Below are positions 36,306 through 49,354 of a stretch of DNA of 64,000 nt, piece by piece; the first letter of the stretch is position 1, and the number at the start of each line of letters is the position of its first letter. Under the pieces are notes generated by a model. It saw only the letters and a program-made list of their open reading frames with translations, did no database searches and was not told the DNA's origin. The stretch comes from Gemmataceae bacterium (lineage in GTDB: Bacteria > Planctomycetota > Planctomycetia > Gemmatales > HRBIN36): positions 15,343 to 79,342 of the forward strand of contig PSKW01000005.1 in NCBI GenBank assembly GCA_040289265.1, given 5' to 3'. A program made the position numbers and the translations under genes.

Positions 36306-36633
36306 GGTGAAGGTGTTTTTCTAGATAGAAAAAATTGCCGTCTTGGCTAAGTCATCCGAGCGAGCGAGGCCCGCATAATCGTTACCATCGTTGTACACGG
36401 AACGATCTGCAAAGTTGATAGAATGCGCACCAGCAAAATCTACTTGCGGCGCCGCCGACATGAGCTAATGTCGGTCATAATAGGGAATAACCCCGAGCGG
36501 CAAGTCACGGACGGCCTAGGGCGCTTTCGAGCACCGTTCTCGGTTGCGAGTGTCGAGCGCATGGAGTCAGCCTCTGTACTCACACCCGACCCTAAACAGG
36601 GATACGGTGTGTCAGTCATGGAAAGGGCAGCAA

Positions 36634-36900
36634 ATGGTTGCACGAAACTGGTGGCTGATCGGTTCGGTGGCGCTAGTGATAGCAGGTTGCTCGTGCTGGC
36701 ACAACCACTGGCCGTGGCGGGACCGAGCAGTGCGCGAGCCGGTCGGTGTGCCGCCGCCGGTGGTCCCTGCTCCGCCGCCTGCAGTCAACGGCACGACATT
36801 GCCCCCTGGACCCTCACCGGATCTCGCGGTCCCTGCGCGACCCCAGTCGCGAAGAGACTGGGATAGGTGGGAAAACGGCCGGAACGGCAATGGCCGTTGA
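36634..36900 (+). CDS. Small proline-rich putative lipoprotein (88 aa)
   Basis: Inside ORF 36544..36900. MVARNWWLIGSVALVIAGCS has a lipobox (IAGC). GAAAGGG lies upstream of ATG 36634. The rest is P-rich low complexity, so the coding call is only moderate. Confidence 0.45.
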   Translation: MVARNWWLIGSVALVIAGCSCWHNHWPWRDRAVREPVGVPPPVVPAPPPAVNGTTLPPGPSPDLAVPARPQSRRDWDRWENGRNGNGR

Positions 36901-36977
36901 CTCGAGGCGCAGCTTCAGGCAAGCGAAGCCGGCACCGGGGTCCCCAGGCTCTCTATAATAGGGGCGTGACTAACCTG

Positions 36978-37052
36978 CGGGGCGTAGCGCAGCCTGGTTA
37001 GCGCGCCTGGCTTGGGACCAGGAGGTCGGCGGTTCGAATCCGCCCGCCCCGA
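36978..37052 (+). tRNA. tRNA-Pro (anticodon UGG)
   Basis: Hand-folded cloverleaf: acceptor CGGGGCG/CGCCCCG, D-stem GCGC/GCGC, anticodon stem CCTGG/CCAGG with loop CTTGGGA (anticodon TGG), T-arm GGCGG-TTCGAAT-CCGCC, discriminator A. CCA is not encoded. Confidence 0.93.
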
Positions 37053-37267
37053 GTAGCGCCGCTACCTCGAAAGCCTTGGAACCGACTACGTATCGTGCTC
37101 GCTCCGACGCCTGCCGACCTGTTGAAAAGGCCGGGGTCTTTTTGGCCCGCATCTAATCCATCTCGTATGATCATGTATGGCTAGCCTGAATCGTCGGGCG
37201 CTCGACCGATTCTGCATAGGGGTAGCGTATCTATCTTTGGCGTAGATTGTTGTCGCTGCAATTGATT

Positions 37268-40200
37268 ATGGACCGACGTCTAGCACCGGTCTTTGGCTGT
37301 TTTCGGCTTAGCGCCGTCTTGGTGCAGAAGACAAAGCCTGCAAGCAGAGGGCTTTTGGGACAAATCGGCAGTGGTTGTGTCGTGTATCACGCCTTGGTAT
37401 TGCTAGGCGTATGGTATGCCACTGCAACTATTTGTGCGCGAGGGAGTGACTCCCAGCCAGCCGATTCGGCGTCTCCCGCTCCACGTCTCAGCGACAAAGA
37501 AACGCTGGCGTCTACCTGGGAGCGATTGCAGCAGCGCTGGCAAGAACTGGGGGAGCGCAGGTCAGGAGTGGCATATCCGCCCGGGCTAGCACTGGAGGCC
37601 CAGCGACTCTACGAGCGAGCGCACAAGGAAAAAGCGGCTGGCCGACTGGTCTCGGCTGTGGACGATCTGCGTCGAGCTTTGTGGTTTTTGCCGCCTTCGG
37701 GGCGGGATCTGCCCGGCAGGGAGCGTGTGTTCGGTCACGGCAAGCTCTGTCACTCGGTGTGTATTCTGGCAGTAAGCTATGCGGCGGATGGGAACTGGCT
37801 AGTCACTGCAGGCGCAGACGGCCTTGTGCGCCTGTGGGATGCCTGGACTGGGGATATGGTGACCGAAATGCGGGGGCACCGAGGTCCCGTTTGGGCTTTG
37901 GCGTTCCATCCGCGGCAGCCTGTGGTTGCTTCCGGTGGGGAAGATGGCTCGATCCGACTGTGGCAAGTCCCCGATGGCAAACAGGTCCTGCAACTCGAGG
38001 TCCAGGCACCTGTCACGAGGCTAGTGTGGCACCCTACCGGATTTCCCAAGGCCGGTATATCTGCAGGCGATCTGTCCCACGTTGCAGCCCAGGTGTGGAC
38101 ATGGAAAGCGGAGCGCTCTCTGCTCCTTTCCTTGACGCGAAGCACATCGGACGGTTCGGTCGCCCTGTGGAGCATCGAGTCGGGGCAAGCGCACGTGATC
38201 CGGCGGCCGACCGGACATAGCGGTGTAATCCATGACGCAGCTTTTGCACAGGACGCTCTGCTCACTGTTTCTGCGGACGGGACGGTACGGGTCCAGCAGC
38301 TTTCGCAGCCGGCCAGGCCCCAGGTAGTTTTGACGATTCGGGAGCCGATTTACCGGCTAACTGTGAGCGGCGACGGTAAGTTACTGGCAGTTGGAACCGC
38401 TCAGGGTAGTTTGCACATGATCCACTGGCAAGGCGCCAAACGTTTCATGACCTTGGAGGGCTATCCCGGTCGGATCGCGGCCCTATCCTTCAGCCCCAAT
38501 GGCAAGGTCCTGGCGGTAGCCGGCAATGCTCCGGGTGGGTCGGTGCGCTTCTGGGACGTGGCCACAGGAAGTTATGTGCGTTTGCTGGTGAGCCAGCTTG
38601 CCGACGTGTGGGACCTGGCGTTTCGCCCGGATGGACTGGAATTGGCGGCAGTGGGAGCCAGTCCGACGGTGCGTATTTGGCAGGTGGATCTGGCCCAGGA
38701 GCCCCGCGAAATAGGACGTCATGAAGGTCCGGCGTGGGCACTGGCACTGGCAGCCGACGGTCGCCGTCTGTTTACGGTAGGCCAAGACGCTTGCTTGCGG
38801 CTGTGGGATCTTGGGCAGCCGCAAGCAGATATCGCACAGGTAGCGGTCGCGGCTGCACAAACCGTAGTGGCGGCGGATGGCCGCGGACTGTATGTCGTCG
38901 GCGGGGGAGCCGATGGGCGCGTCCATGTCTGGGCTCAGAGCGATGTGACCTTGCAGCGCGATTTTCCAGCTCACAAGGCTGGCTTGACGGCCTTGGCCTT
39001 GACCCCAGGGGGAGATCGTCTGGCTACCGCCGGCCTGGATCGTAGTGTTCGCTTGTGGGATCCGAACACGGGCCAGTTGCTCCACGAGTGGAGCGATCAG
39101 CCGATGACTCCCTATGCCTTGGCCTTCCACCCCGAGGGCAAAACCTTGCTGGTTGCCGGCAGCGACAGCATGGTGCGCTGGCTGGATGTGGTCTCGGGTC
39201 AGGTGACGCGACAAGTGCCAGCGCCCGAGCCACTGACCGCACTCTGTTTTTTGATCGGTGGCAAGCAATGGGCCAGTGGAAGCCGCAACGGCTTGATACG
39301 TATTTGGGACGAGCCGAGTGGTCAAATCCTCAGGACGTTGTCCGGTCACAGTCGTGCTGTAAGTGCCTTGGCTGTTAGTGCTGATGGCCGGTGGGTCGCC
39401 TCCGGTGGTGCCGACCGCATGGTGCGGCTGTGGGGGCCGACTTCCGGCAGACTCGTGCATACGCTGCGCGGTGCTAGCGATTGGATCACGGGCGTGGCTT
39501 TTTCTCCGCAAAGTTCTCTCCTTGTGGCCAGTAGTGCCGATGGCAGCATCCGTCAGTGGGCCGTGGGATATCAGCAGTGGAATCGAGATGTTGCCCATGT
39601 TGCACAAGTGGTGGCGCTGGCACAATGCACGCGGGCTCAGCGCCTCGTCTCCGCAGACCGCGCCGGCTATGTGTGCCTCTGGGATCTGTCCACCGGCGAT
39701 AAAGTGGCCCAGTGGCAGGCTCACGAGCATGGCCTGAGCGTTTTGGCCTGCGTGCCAGGCAACGGTACCCTCGTGACGGGTGGGCAGGATCGCCGGCTGT
39801 GCCTGTGGGATGTGTCCACGCAGCGTCTGCTGCGCACGATCGAAATGCAGGAACCTGCGCCTGTCGCTCTCTGGGTCACCGCGGACGGGAACACGATCTT
39901 CACCTGGCATGGCGACCGACGCTTGCTCGTCTGGGATGCCGTCCAAGGTAAGCTTCGGGAACGCTGGACCGCCGGGGATGAACCGGTCGAGGCCATGACT
40001 ATGGACCGAGATCGTGAGCGTGTGGCTGTTGCCGCCGCGGACGGTACCGTGCGCGTCTGGCGTTGGCAGGATAAGGTCCTGGAACGCAATCTTACGCACG
40101 GCAAAGGGATCGTAGACCTAGCGTTCGTCGGCCCGACGCATCTGGCAGTAGGGCAGATGACCGGCGAACTGGCACTGTGGGACCTGGAGCGACGCACTGT

Positions 40201-40441
40201 CGCACGACGCTGGCAGGCCGATAGCGAGCGGTTGCTGCGCATCGCCGTCGCTCCCGATGGCCAACGCTTGGCCACCGTGGGTGCTGCCCGACGACTGGCC
40301 CTCTGGAATGCAGCCAGCGGCCAACGCCTGGCCAGCTGGACCTCCGACGTCCTTGCAGTCGCCGTCACTGTCTTGCCTGATGGCCGCGTGGTCACCGGCA
40401 ATGCCGATGCGACGGTATACCTTTGGACGACCACACGCTGA
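37268..40441 (+). CDS. Giant WD40-repeat protein (about 1060 aa; N-terminal TM/signal anchor, then about 20 WD repeats)
   Basis: ORF 37247..40441 begins with TTG. The first ATG is 37268, so the start is uncertain. Hydrophobic segment VVYHALVLLGVWYATATI. WD repeat ends recur (VRLWDAW, IRLWQV, VRFWDV, VRIWQV, LRLWDL, VRLWDP, IRIWDE, VRLWGP, CLWDL, LCLWDV, VRVWRW, LALWDL, LALWNA, VYLWTT). Confidence 0.85.
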   Translation: MDRRLAPVFGCFRLSAVLVQKTKPASRGLLGQIGSGCVVYHALVLLGVWYATATICARGSDSQPADSASPAPRLSDKETLASTWERLQQRWQELGERRSGVAYPPGLALEAQRLYERAHKEKAAGRLVSAVDDLRRALWFLPPSGRDLPGRERVFGHGKLCHSVCILAVSYAADGNWLVTAGADGLVRLWDAWTGDMVTEMRGHRGPVWALAFHPRQPVVASGGEDGSIRLWQVPDGKQVLQLEVQAPVTRLVWHPTGFPKAGISAGDLSHVAAQVWTWKAERSLLLSLTRSTSDGSVALWSIESGQAHVIRRPTGHSGVIHDAAFAQDALLTVSADGTVRVQQLSQPARPQVVLTIREPIYRLTVSGDGKLLAVGTAQGSLHMIHWQGAKRFMTLEGYPGRIAALSFSPNGKVLAVAGNAPGGSVRFWDVATGSYVRLLVSQLADVWDLAFRPDGLELAAVGASPTVRIWQVDLAQEPREIGRHEGPAWALALAADGRRLFTVGQDACLRLWDLGQPQADIAQVAVAAAQTVVAADGRGLYVVGGGADGRVHVWAQSDVTLQRDFPAHKAGLTALALTPGGDRLATAGLDRSVRLWDPNTGQLLHEWSDQPMTPYALAFHPEGKTLLVAGSDSMVRWLDVVSGQVTRQVPAPEPLTALCFLIGGKQWASGSRNGLIRIWDEPSGQILRTLSGHSRAVSALAVSADGRWVASGGADRMVRLWGPTSGRLVHTLRGASDWITGVAFSPQSSLLVASSADGSIRQWAVGYQQWNRDVAHVAQVVALAQCTRAQRLVSADRAGYVCLWDLSTGDKVAQWQAHEHGLSVLACVPGNGTLVTGGQDRRLCLWDVSTQRLLRTIEMQEPAPVALWVTADGNTIFTWHGDRRLLVWDAVQGKLRERWTAGDEPVEAMTMDRDRERVAVAAADGTVRVWRWQDKVLERNLTHGKGIVDLAFVGPTHLAVGQMTGELALWDLERRTVARRWQADSERLLRIAVAPDGQRLATVGAARRLALWNAASGQRLASWTSDVLAVAVTVLPDGRVVTGNADATVYLWTTTR

Positions 40442-40491
40442 GGGTCTACCGCAGGCTCTCGGTGGTCGCCTCGCTCGAAAGAGGCAAAAAC

Positions 40492-41781
40492 TTATCCGTT
40501 CGCTACCGATGCGTTCTGTGCGTTCTTGTTTTCGCCCGATCCCATCAGATTGGCCCAAGGCTGCCATCCGGGTACGTTTTGACAAATCGCTTTGATACCG
40601 GCCATGAGCGGCAAGGCCAAAAAGAGTCCTATTTCACCCCAGATGATGTACCAAAATAAGCAGGCGATCAAAATGGTCGTAGCATTCATTTCCATTTGTC
40701 GCCCGAGAACTAGGGGAAAGGCCACATAACCTTCGAGGACGATCACGATGGTATAGAGCAACAGGGTCATGGCCGCCGTGTTCAGGTCACGGGTCACCAA
40801 AGCGTCGAGCACCGGTGGGATGCCGGCGATGATCGGTCCCAGGTACGGGATGAAGGTCAGTATGCCGGCGACCACGGCCCACAACCACGGTTGTTTCAAG
40901 CCCAGCAGCTTCCACAAAAAGCCCAAAACGATGACCATGCCGACGATGATGACCGTGCGCCAGACGAGGTAGGAGCGGATGTGTCGTGCCATTTCCCGCA
41001 AGGCACGCGCGGCCGCGCTGCCGTCGGGGCCCGTGGATGGCCCGAAAATCTCGACCGTCCGGTGGATCAGCACCTCACCGTCTACGCACAAAAACAGCAC
41101 CAAAAACAGGATCAACACCACCTGTACGCTCAGGGTGCGCAAGTACTCCGGAATGCGATTGGCCTGTTGCTCGAGAAATTGCCGGGTGGTCGTAAACAGC
41201 ACCGAGTTTTCCATGTACTGACGATAGAGCTGGGGATCTTCGGGCAAAACGATACTCCCCGGGGAGGGCGGCGGCTCCGAGCCGGAGGCAGTCGGTCCGC
41301 CTGCACCCGTGACCGACGATTGGGTATGTGCGGCAGCTTGGCTATCGCGCGGCACAGTCGCCTCTTGCCCTTCCTTTTTCCCTTCCTGCCTTTCGACACG
41401 CGGCGGGGGAACGGGCAACAGCTGATTGGCCAGGTCAATATTGATGCTAGCAATGGCCTCGCGCAACTTGCGGTAATACTTTTCCTGGTTTTCGACACGC
41501 AAAAGATCGCTAACGATATCTTGAACAGCGACCACGGCGCCCAAGATGCCTACCGCGCTAACCAGCACCAGTGCCAGGATCACCAAAACGCTGGACACAC
41601 TCCGAGGGAGATGGAAGCGATGGGTCAAGTACTGCACGGGCGGCCAGAGCACAGTCGCCAGCATGAGTGCGATCACCAAAGGCAGAAAAAGTGCCTGGCC
41701 AAAATGCAGCGCCAGGGTCAAACTGAAAAGCACCAATAACCCGACACCCCACTGCACGGCACTATAGCTTTTGAATTCCAT
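40492..41781 (-). CDS. AI-2E family transporter (PerM/YhhT-like permease) with a hydrophilic insertion
   Basis: Inside ORF 40492..41913(-). Start at MEFKSYSAVQWGVGLLVLF. C-terminal pattern FIPYLGPIIAGIPPVL ... GEIGLFLALPLMAGIK is typical of the AI-2E/UPF0118 family. Confidence 0.8.
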   Translation of the reverse strand: MEFKSYSAVQWGVGLLVLFSLTLALHFGQALFLPLVIALMLATVLWPPVQYLTHRFHLPRSVSSVLVILALVLVSAVGILGAVVAVQDIVSDLLRVENQEKYYRKLREAIASINIDLANQLLPVPPPRVERQEGKKEGQEATVPRDSQAAAHTQSSVTGAGGPTASGSEPPPSPGSIVLPEDPQLYRQYMENSVLFTTTRQFLEQQANRIPEYLRTLSVQVVLILFLVLFLCVDGEVLIHRTVEIFGPSTGPDGSAAARALREMARHIRSYLVWRTVIIVGMVIVLGFLWKLLGLKQPWLWAVVAGILTFIPYLGPIIAGIPPVLDALVTRDLNTAAMTLLLYTIVIVLEGYVAFPLVLGRQMEMNATTILIACLFWYIIWGEIGLFLALPLMAGIKAICQNVPGWQPWANLMGSGENKNAQNASVANG

Positions 41782-42019
41782 CGGCTTTCTCCGTGGTGAC
41801 GAGCAGGACCTGCATCCATCAACCGTCGCTCGTACCTCCGGCCATCGGACGATGTCTACCGACGACAGCCTGCATCTTTGCCGAGGGCTGTAGCCGATGC
41901 GCCCCGTCGGCAATGAGAGATTTCGCCTGTTACAGCTGCCCCCCGAACATCGGTGGCGCCCGGTACAGGTCCTCGGAACTTCGCAGGACCGAGGCGACGT
42001 CGCTTTTTCGGGTACCAGG

Positions 42020-42049
42020 TTGACGCTGCTTTATGCTTTTGGGTATGCT
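42020..42049 (+). promoter_or_regulatory. Candidate sigma70-type promoter for the 42098 gene (TTGACG, 18-nt spacer, TATGCT)
   Basis: TTGACG at 42020-42025 and TATGCT at 42044-42049, about 50 nt upstream of ATG 42098 in a 316-nt divergent intergenic region. Pattern match only; promoter rules in this lineage are poorly known. Confidence 0.25.
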
Positions 42050-42097
42050 GATAAATGTAAGCCAATCGAGAAAAGAAACAATCGTGGGAGAGGGACG

Positions 42098-45641
<3,544 letters not shown>

Positions 45642-45648
45642 TCCACTC

Positions 45649-45676
45649 CTGACGGCTTGCTATCCTGACGTATACT
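45649..45676 (+). promoter_or_regulatory. Candidate sigma70-type promoter upstream of ftsH (CTGACG, 16-nt spacer, TATACT)
   Basis: CTGACG at 45649-45654 and TATACT at 45671-45676, about 95 nt upstream of ATG 45770. Pattern match only. Confidence 0.2.
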
Positions 45677-45769
45677 GACTATGGAGCACCGGCGAGCAGC
45701 GTCACGAAGGCCTGTGACCCGTACCTGCTTGCGCCCTGCCGGGTGCTACGCTCGAATAGGGGACCGGGA

Positions 45770-47899
45770 ATGCCCTGGTTTGCCGATGATTCCGCCGACA
45801 AAGAGCACGAACCGCACGAACCGGAGCCGCGATCCCGGCGACCAGCAGGGCCACGCTACCTCCCTTCGGGCTGGATCGTCTGGATCGTCATCTTGTTGGC
45901 AGTCCTGGCAGCTCTTTTTTTCAGCCGCGATCTCACTCATTCCGACCGTATCGAATACAGCGTCTTCAAGAGCCAGCTGCTCTATCATCGGCCCAAGAAC
46001 CAAAGGCCTCCTGAAGAGGGCGGCCCTCTGTGCAACGTCAAGCGGGTATTGATCGGCCCCAGCCGCATCACGGGGGAGTTTTACGATCGCGACGTGCTGC
46101 CGGACGAGTGGCGCGAACGGCTGCGCCCGAACAAAGACGGAACCGTTCCATTCACTACCTATTTCCAGCCCGGCGAGGATTCCGAATTGATCAAGCAACT
46201 GGATGAAAAGCGTGTGGCCTACGACTTCGAGCGCGAGTCGGCGCCTTGGCTGGGCCCGCTCATTGTGTATTTGTTGCCTTCGCTGCTCATTCTCGGGCTG
46301 TTTTTGTTCGTGCTTTTGCCGCGACTGCGGGACCCGCTGGGCGGCAGCTTCCTCAATGCCTACATCAAAAGTCCGGCCAAGCGCTACGAAAAGGGGAAAG
46401 GACGCGTCACCTTCGAAGACGTCGCCGACATGGAAAATGCCAAGCAGGAGCTCAAGGAAGTTGTGGAATTCCTGAAAAACCCCGAGCGGTTCCAACGTGT
46501 GGGATGCCAGATCCCCAAGGGGGTGCTCTTGGTCGGGCCGCCAGGTACGGGCAAGACGCTCTTGGCACGTGCCGTAGCCGGCGAGGCCGGCGTGCCGTTT
46601 TACAGCATCAGCGGCTCCGAGTTCATCCAGATGTTCGTCGGCGTGGGCGCCAGTCGGGTGCGCGACCTGTTCAAAACGGCCAAGGACAATGCGCCGTGCA
46701 TCCTTTTCATAGACGAGATAGACGCGGTCGGTCGCGTGCGCGGTGCCGGCCTGGGCGGCGGGCACGACGAACGCGAGCAAACGCTCAACCAAATCCTCAG
46801 TGAAATGGACGGCTTTACCCCCAACGAGTCGGTGATCGTCATCGCCGCCACCAACCGTCCCGACGTGCTCGATCCGGCGCTGTTGCGCCCGGGTCGCTTC
46901 GATCGGCACATCACCATTGACCGACCCAATTGGCAAGGTCGGCTGGCTATCCTCCGCGTGCATACCCGTGGCAAGCCCCTGGCAGACGATGTCAACCTGG
47001 AGGCCATCGCGCGGGCCATGATCGGCATGACCGGAGCGGACTTGCGCAACCTGGTCAACGAGGCTGCCATCCTCGCCATTCGCGAGGGAAAAGACAAGAT
47101 CGACCGGCAGTGCTTCGAGCGGGCTGCCGACCGCGTCCTCATCGGGCCGAAGCGCGAGGAGGTCCTCTCGCCGCAAGACAAGCGTCGTACCGCTTATCAC
47201 GAAGCCGGCCATGCTTTGGTCGCTTATCTGGAACCGCATGCCGACCCGCTGTTCAAAGTGACCATCATCCCGCGCGGTCGGGCGCTGGGCGTGACGCGCT
47301 TTCAGCCCGAGGAGGATCGCTTCGATCATAGCGAGAGTTATTTGAAAGCCCAGCTCATCGTCGCTATGGGCGGACGCGCCGCCGATCGGCTGGTTTTCAA
47401 CGAGACCACGTCGGGCGCAGAAATGGACCTCAAACACGCCACGCGTCTGGCGCGCCTCATGGTCACCCATTGGGGGATGAGCGACAAGCTCGGGCCGGTG
47501 GCCTACCGTGTCGGCGAAGAACACGTTTTTTTGGGCAAGGAAATCCACGAGCCGCGCGATTTCAGCGAGGGCACCGCGCAACTCATAGACGAAGAAGTCC
47601 GCCGCATCTTGCGCGAGGCCGACGAAAAAGCTTTGGAGCATCTACGGCACCATCGGCGCGAACTCGACCTCCTGGCGGAAGCGCTCTTGCAACGTGAGGA
47701 ACTCAGCAAAGAAGAAGTGGACTACTTGCTGCGGCACGGGCACCTGCCTCCCGAGGGGGTTCCGTGGGCCGAGCCGGTGGCCAAGGATGCCAGTGTGGAC
47801 GGGACCCCGGCGACTCAGCCCGCCGATGGTCGTTCTTCCCCATCGGCACGGGACTCATCCCACTGGCCTGCCGGAGAGCAAGCACCGCCCGCAGATTAG
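45770..47899 (+). CDS. ftsH: ATP-dependent zinc metalloprotease FtsH
   Basis: Inside ORF 45743..47899. Start at MPWFADD. Walker [23 protein letters not shown], Walker [35 protein letters not shown], zinc site HEAGHALV. Confidence 0.95.
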   Translation: MPWFADDSADKEHEPHEPEPRSRRPAGPRYLPSGWIVWIVILLAVLAALFFSRDLTHSDRIEYSVFKSQLLYHRPKNQRPPEEGGPLCNVKRVLIGPSRITGEFYDRDVLPDEWRERLRPNKDGTVPFTTYFQPGEDSELIKQLDEKRVAYDFERESAPWLGPLIVYLLPSLLILGLFLFVLLPRLRDPLGGSFLNAYIKSPAKRYEKGKGRVTFEDVADMENAKQELKEVVEFLKNPERFQRVGCQIPKGVLLVGPPGTGKTLLARAVAGEAGVPFYSISGSEFIQMFVGVGASRVRDLFKTAKDNAPCILFIDEIDAVGRVRGAGLGGGHDEREQTLNQILSEMDGFTPNESVIVIAATNRPDVLDPALLRPGRFDRHITIDRPNWQGRLAILRVHTRGKPLADDVNLEAIARAMIGMTGADLRNLVNEAAILAIREGKDKIDRQCFERAADRVLIGPKREEVLSPQDKRRTAYHEAGHALVAYLEPHADPLFKVTIIPRGRALGVTRFQPEEDRFDHSESYLKAQLIVAMGGRAADRLVFNETTSGAEMDLKHATRLARLMVTHWGMSDKLGPVAYRVGEEHVFLGKEIHEPRDFSEGTAQLIDEEVRRILREADEKALEHLRHHRRELDLLAEALLQREELSKEEVDYLLRHGHLPPEGVPWAEPVAKDASVDGTPATQPADGRSSPSARDSSHWPAGEQAPPAD

Positions 47900-47949
47900 C
47901 CGCTTCCGGTCCCGAGCCGATGGCACAGGCCAGCGCCAACTCCGGGACG

Positions 47950-48369
47950 TCAGAACTCCCGCACCGTCAATTGCACCTTGACGTCTTGCGGATGTCCCCG
48001 GCTATATAACAGCACAGCAAAACCTTTGCCCGAGGGCACAGGAAATTGCATGACCCCCAAGGCTCCCGCGCGCGTCTTTTTAAGCGAGGCCAGCACGTTG
48101 GCAGGCGTTTTGTTGTTCTCGAGAGCTTTCACAGCGGCTTGCTGATCTTCTTCCAGGACCACGTAGACGTCCAGGTCCACTGGTGCTTTGACAGTTACTC
48201 CGATGCGCCTGTCGCGTCGAACCGCATCGTAGATGACGCTTTTGACGGTCACGCTCTCCACGGTAACTTCCCGCGAGTCGTTGAGCTTCGCGGCGCATCC
48301 CGATATGCTGCCCCACAACAAACACATCGAGCAGACGAAGCTCCCAGAATACCTGTGTGCACTTGGCAT
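47950..48369 (-). CDS. Putative lipoprotein (139 aa), unknown function
   Basis: AGGAGGA RBS. Lipobox LWGSISGCAAK. Remainder is beta-rich. I recognise no family. Confidence 0.6.
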   Translation of the reverse strand: MPSAHRYSGSFVCSMCLLWGSISGCAAKLNDSREVTVESVTVKSVIYDAVRRDRRIGVTVKAPVDLDVYVVLEEDQQAAVKALENNKTPANVLASLKKTRAGALGVMQFPVPSGKGFAVLLYSRGHPQDVKVQLTVREF

Positions 48370-48535
48370 GTCTCCTCCTGCGTTGGCTCGTTTAGGGCTG
48401 CTTGTTCGCTTCCCCGCTGGGCTGTTTCACGGCTGCGTCCGCGTGTGCATACGTTAACTTAGGGCACGGTTGCAAAAGCAGCAAGTTATAGGCTTGCGCG
48501 CGGCACGGTCCATGGTCCCAGCGTCAGGCGTCGCC

Positions 48536-49273
48536 TCATATGTAGGTCTGTGCAGAGGGCTTGACGATCAGTTCGGGGATGGAGACAGTGGGTGGGCGGG
48601 TGACGACGAAAAGAACTGCCTGGGCGACATCCTCGGCTTTCAAAATGTTTTGCCGGTGCTCGGCTGGCACAGGGTGCGGACGCTGCTCCAGGATGGGCGT
48701 GTCTACTTCACCGGGATAAATCACGCAGCACCGGATGCCGTGGTCTTTTTCTTCGGCTTCGAGGCAGATGCTGAGGGCACGCACGGCGAACTTGCTGGCG
48801 GCATAAGCGGCACCTCCGAGAGGGCTGGCACGTTTGCCGGCTATGGAGGAAATGGTGACGATCAGCCCTTGCCGACGCGCCCGCATATCGGGCAATACCG
48901 CATGAATGCAATGGAATACGCCATCCAGGTTGGTACGCATGATGGCGCGCCAGCTTTCGGGCGTCAGCTGCCGCACCGCGCGCTCGCGCACGTTGACCCC
49001 GGCATTGTTAACCAAAATGTCCACCGGCCCCCAGCGGGCGCGTATTTGTTCCACTTGGTGGAGTACTTGCTCCACGTCGCCGACATCGCATACTTGCCAC
49101 CAGAGGGTGTCGGGATGACCTGCCTGTCGGGCGGTTTCCAGGAGTCGTTCACGAGTGCGACCCCAGATGACGACGCGGGCGCCTTGGCTGAGCAACACCT
49201 GGGCTGTCGCTCGGCCGATGCCGCTGCCTCCGCCGGTCACCAGAATCACTTTGTCGCGCAGCACGTCGGTCAT
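48536..49273 (-). CDS. Short-chain dehydrogenase/reductase (classical SDR)
   Basis: TGGGSGIGRA cofactor motif, NNAG, and the catalytic YAASKFAV (YxxxK). Confidence 0.88.
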   Translation of the reverse strand: MTDVLRDKVILVTGGGSGIGRATAQVLLSQGARVVIWGRTRERLLETARQAGHPDTLWWQVCDVGDVEQVLHQVEQIRARWGPVDILVNNAGVNVRERAVRQLTPESWRAIMRTNLDGVFHCIHAVLPDMRARRQGLIVTISSIAGKRASPLGGAAYAASKFAVRALSICLEAEEKDHGIRCCVIYPGEVDTPILEQRPHPVPAEHRQNILKAEDVAQAVLFVVTRPPTVSIPELIVKPSAQTYI

Positions 49274-49354
49274 GGCTGTATTCCTTCTAGGGCCCGATCG
49301 GCGCCAACCAAGGTAGCGGCCCCCTGGTAGTTTTTCGGGGACGAGCCGCAGCCG

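Noticed and set aside
36423-36866. 147-aa ORF overlapping the small lipoprotein call in another frame.
   Set aside because: It has no RBS and no recognisable features. Its 5' part covers the AT-rich spacer and the hairpin. The alternative frame (36634-36900) has an RBS and a lipobox signal peptide, although that call is itself only moderate.
37120-37150. Possible rho-independent terminator after tRNA-Pro (AAAAGGCCGGGGTCTTTTTGGCC).
   Set aside because: The flanking arms are not reverse complements beyond GGCC/GGCC (4 bp with an 11-nt loop), so I cannot support a stable stem despite the T-run.
36978-37300. tRNA-Pro considered as the attachment site of a genomic island.
   Set aside because: No integrase, excisionase or other mobile-element gene lies on either side. 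I did not find a direct repeat of the tRNA 3' end downstream. The flanking genes (pyrD, WD40 protein) have the same composition as the rest of the window.
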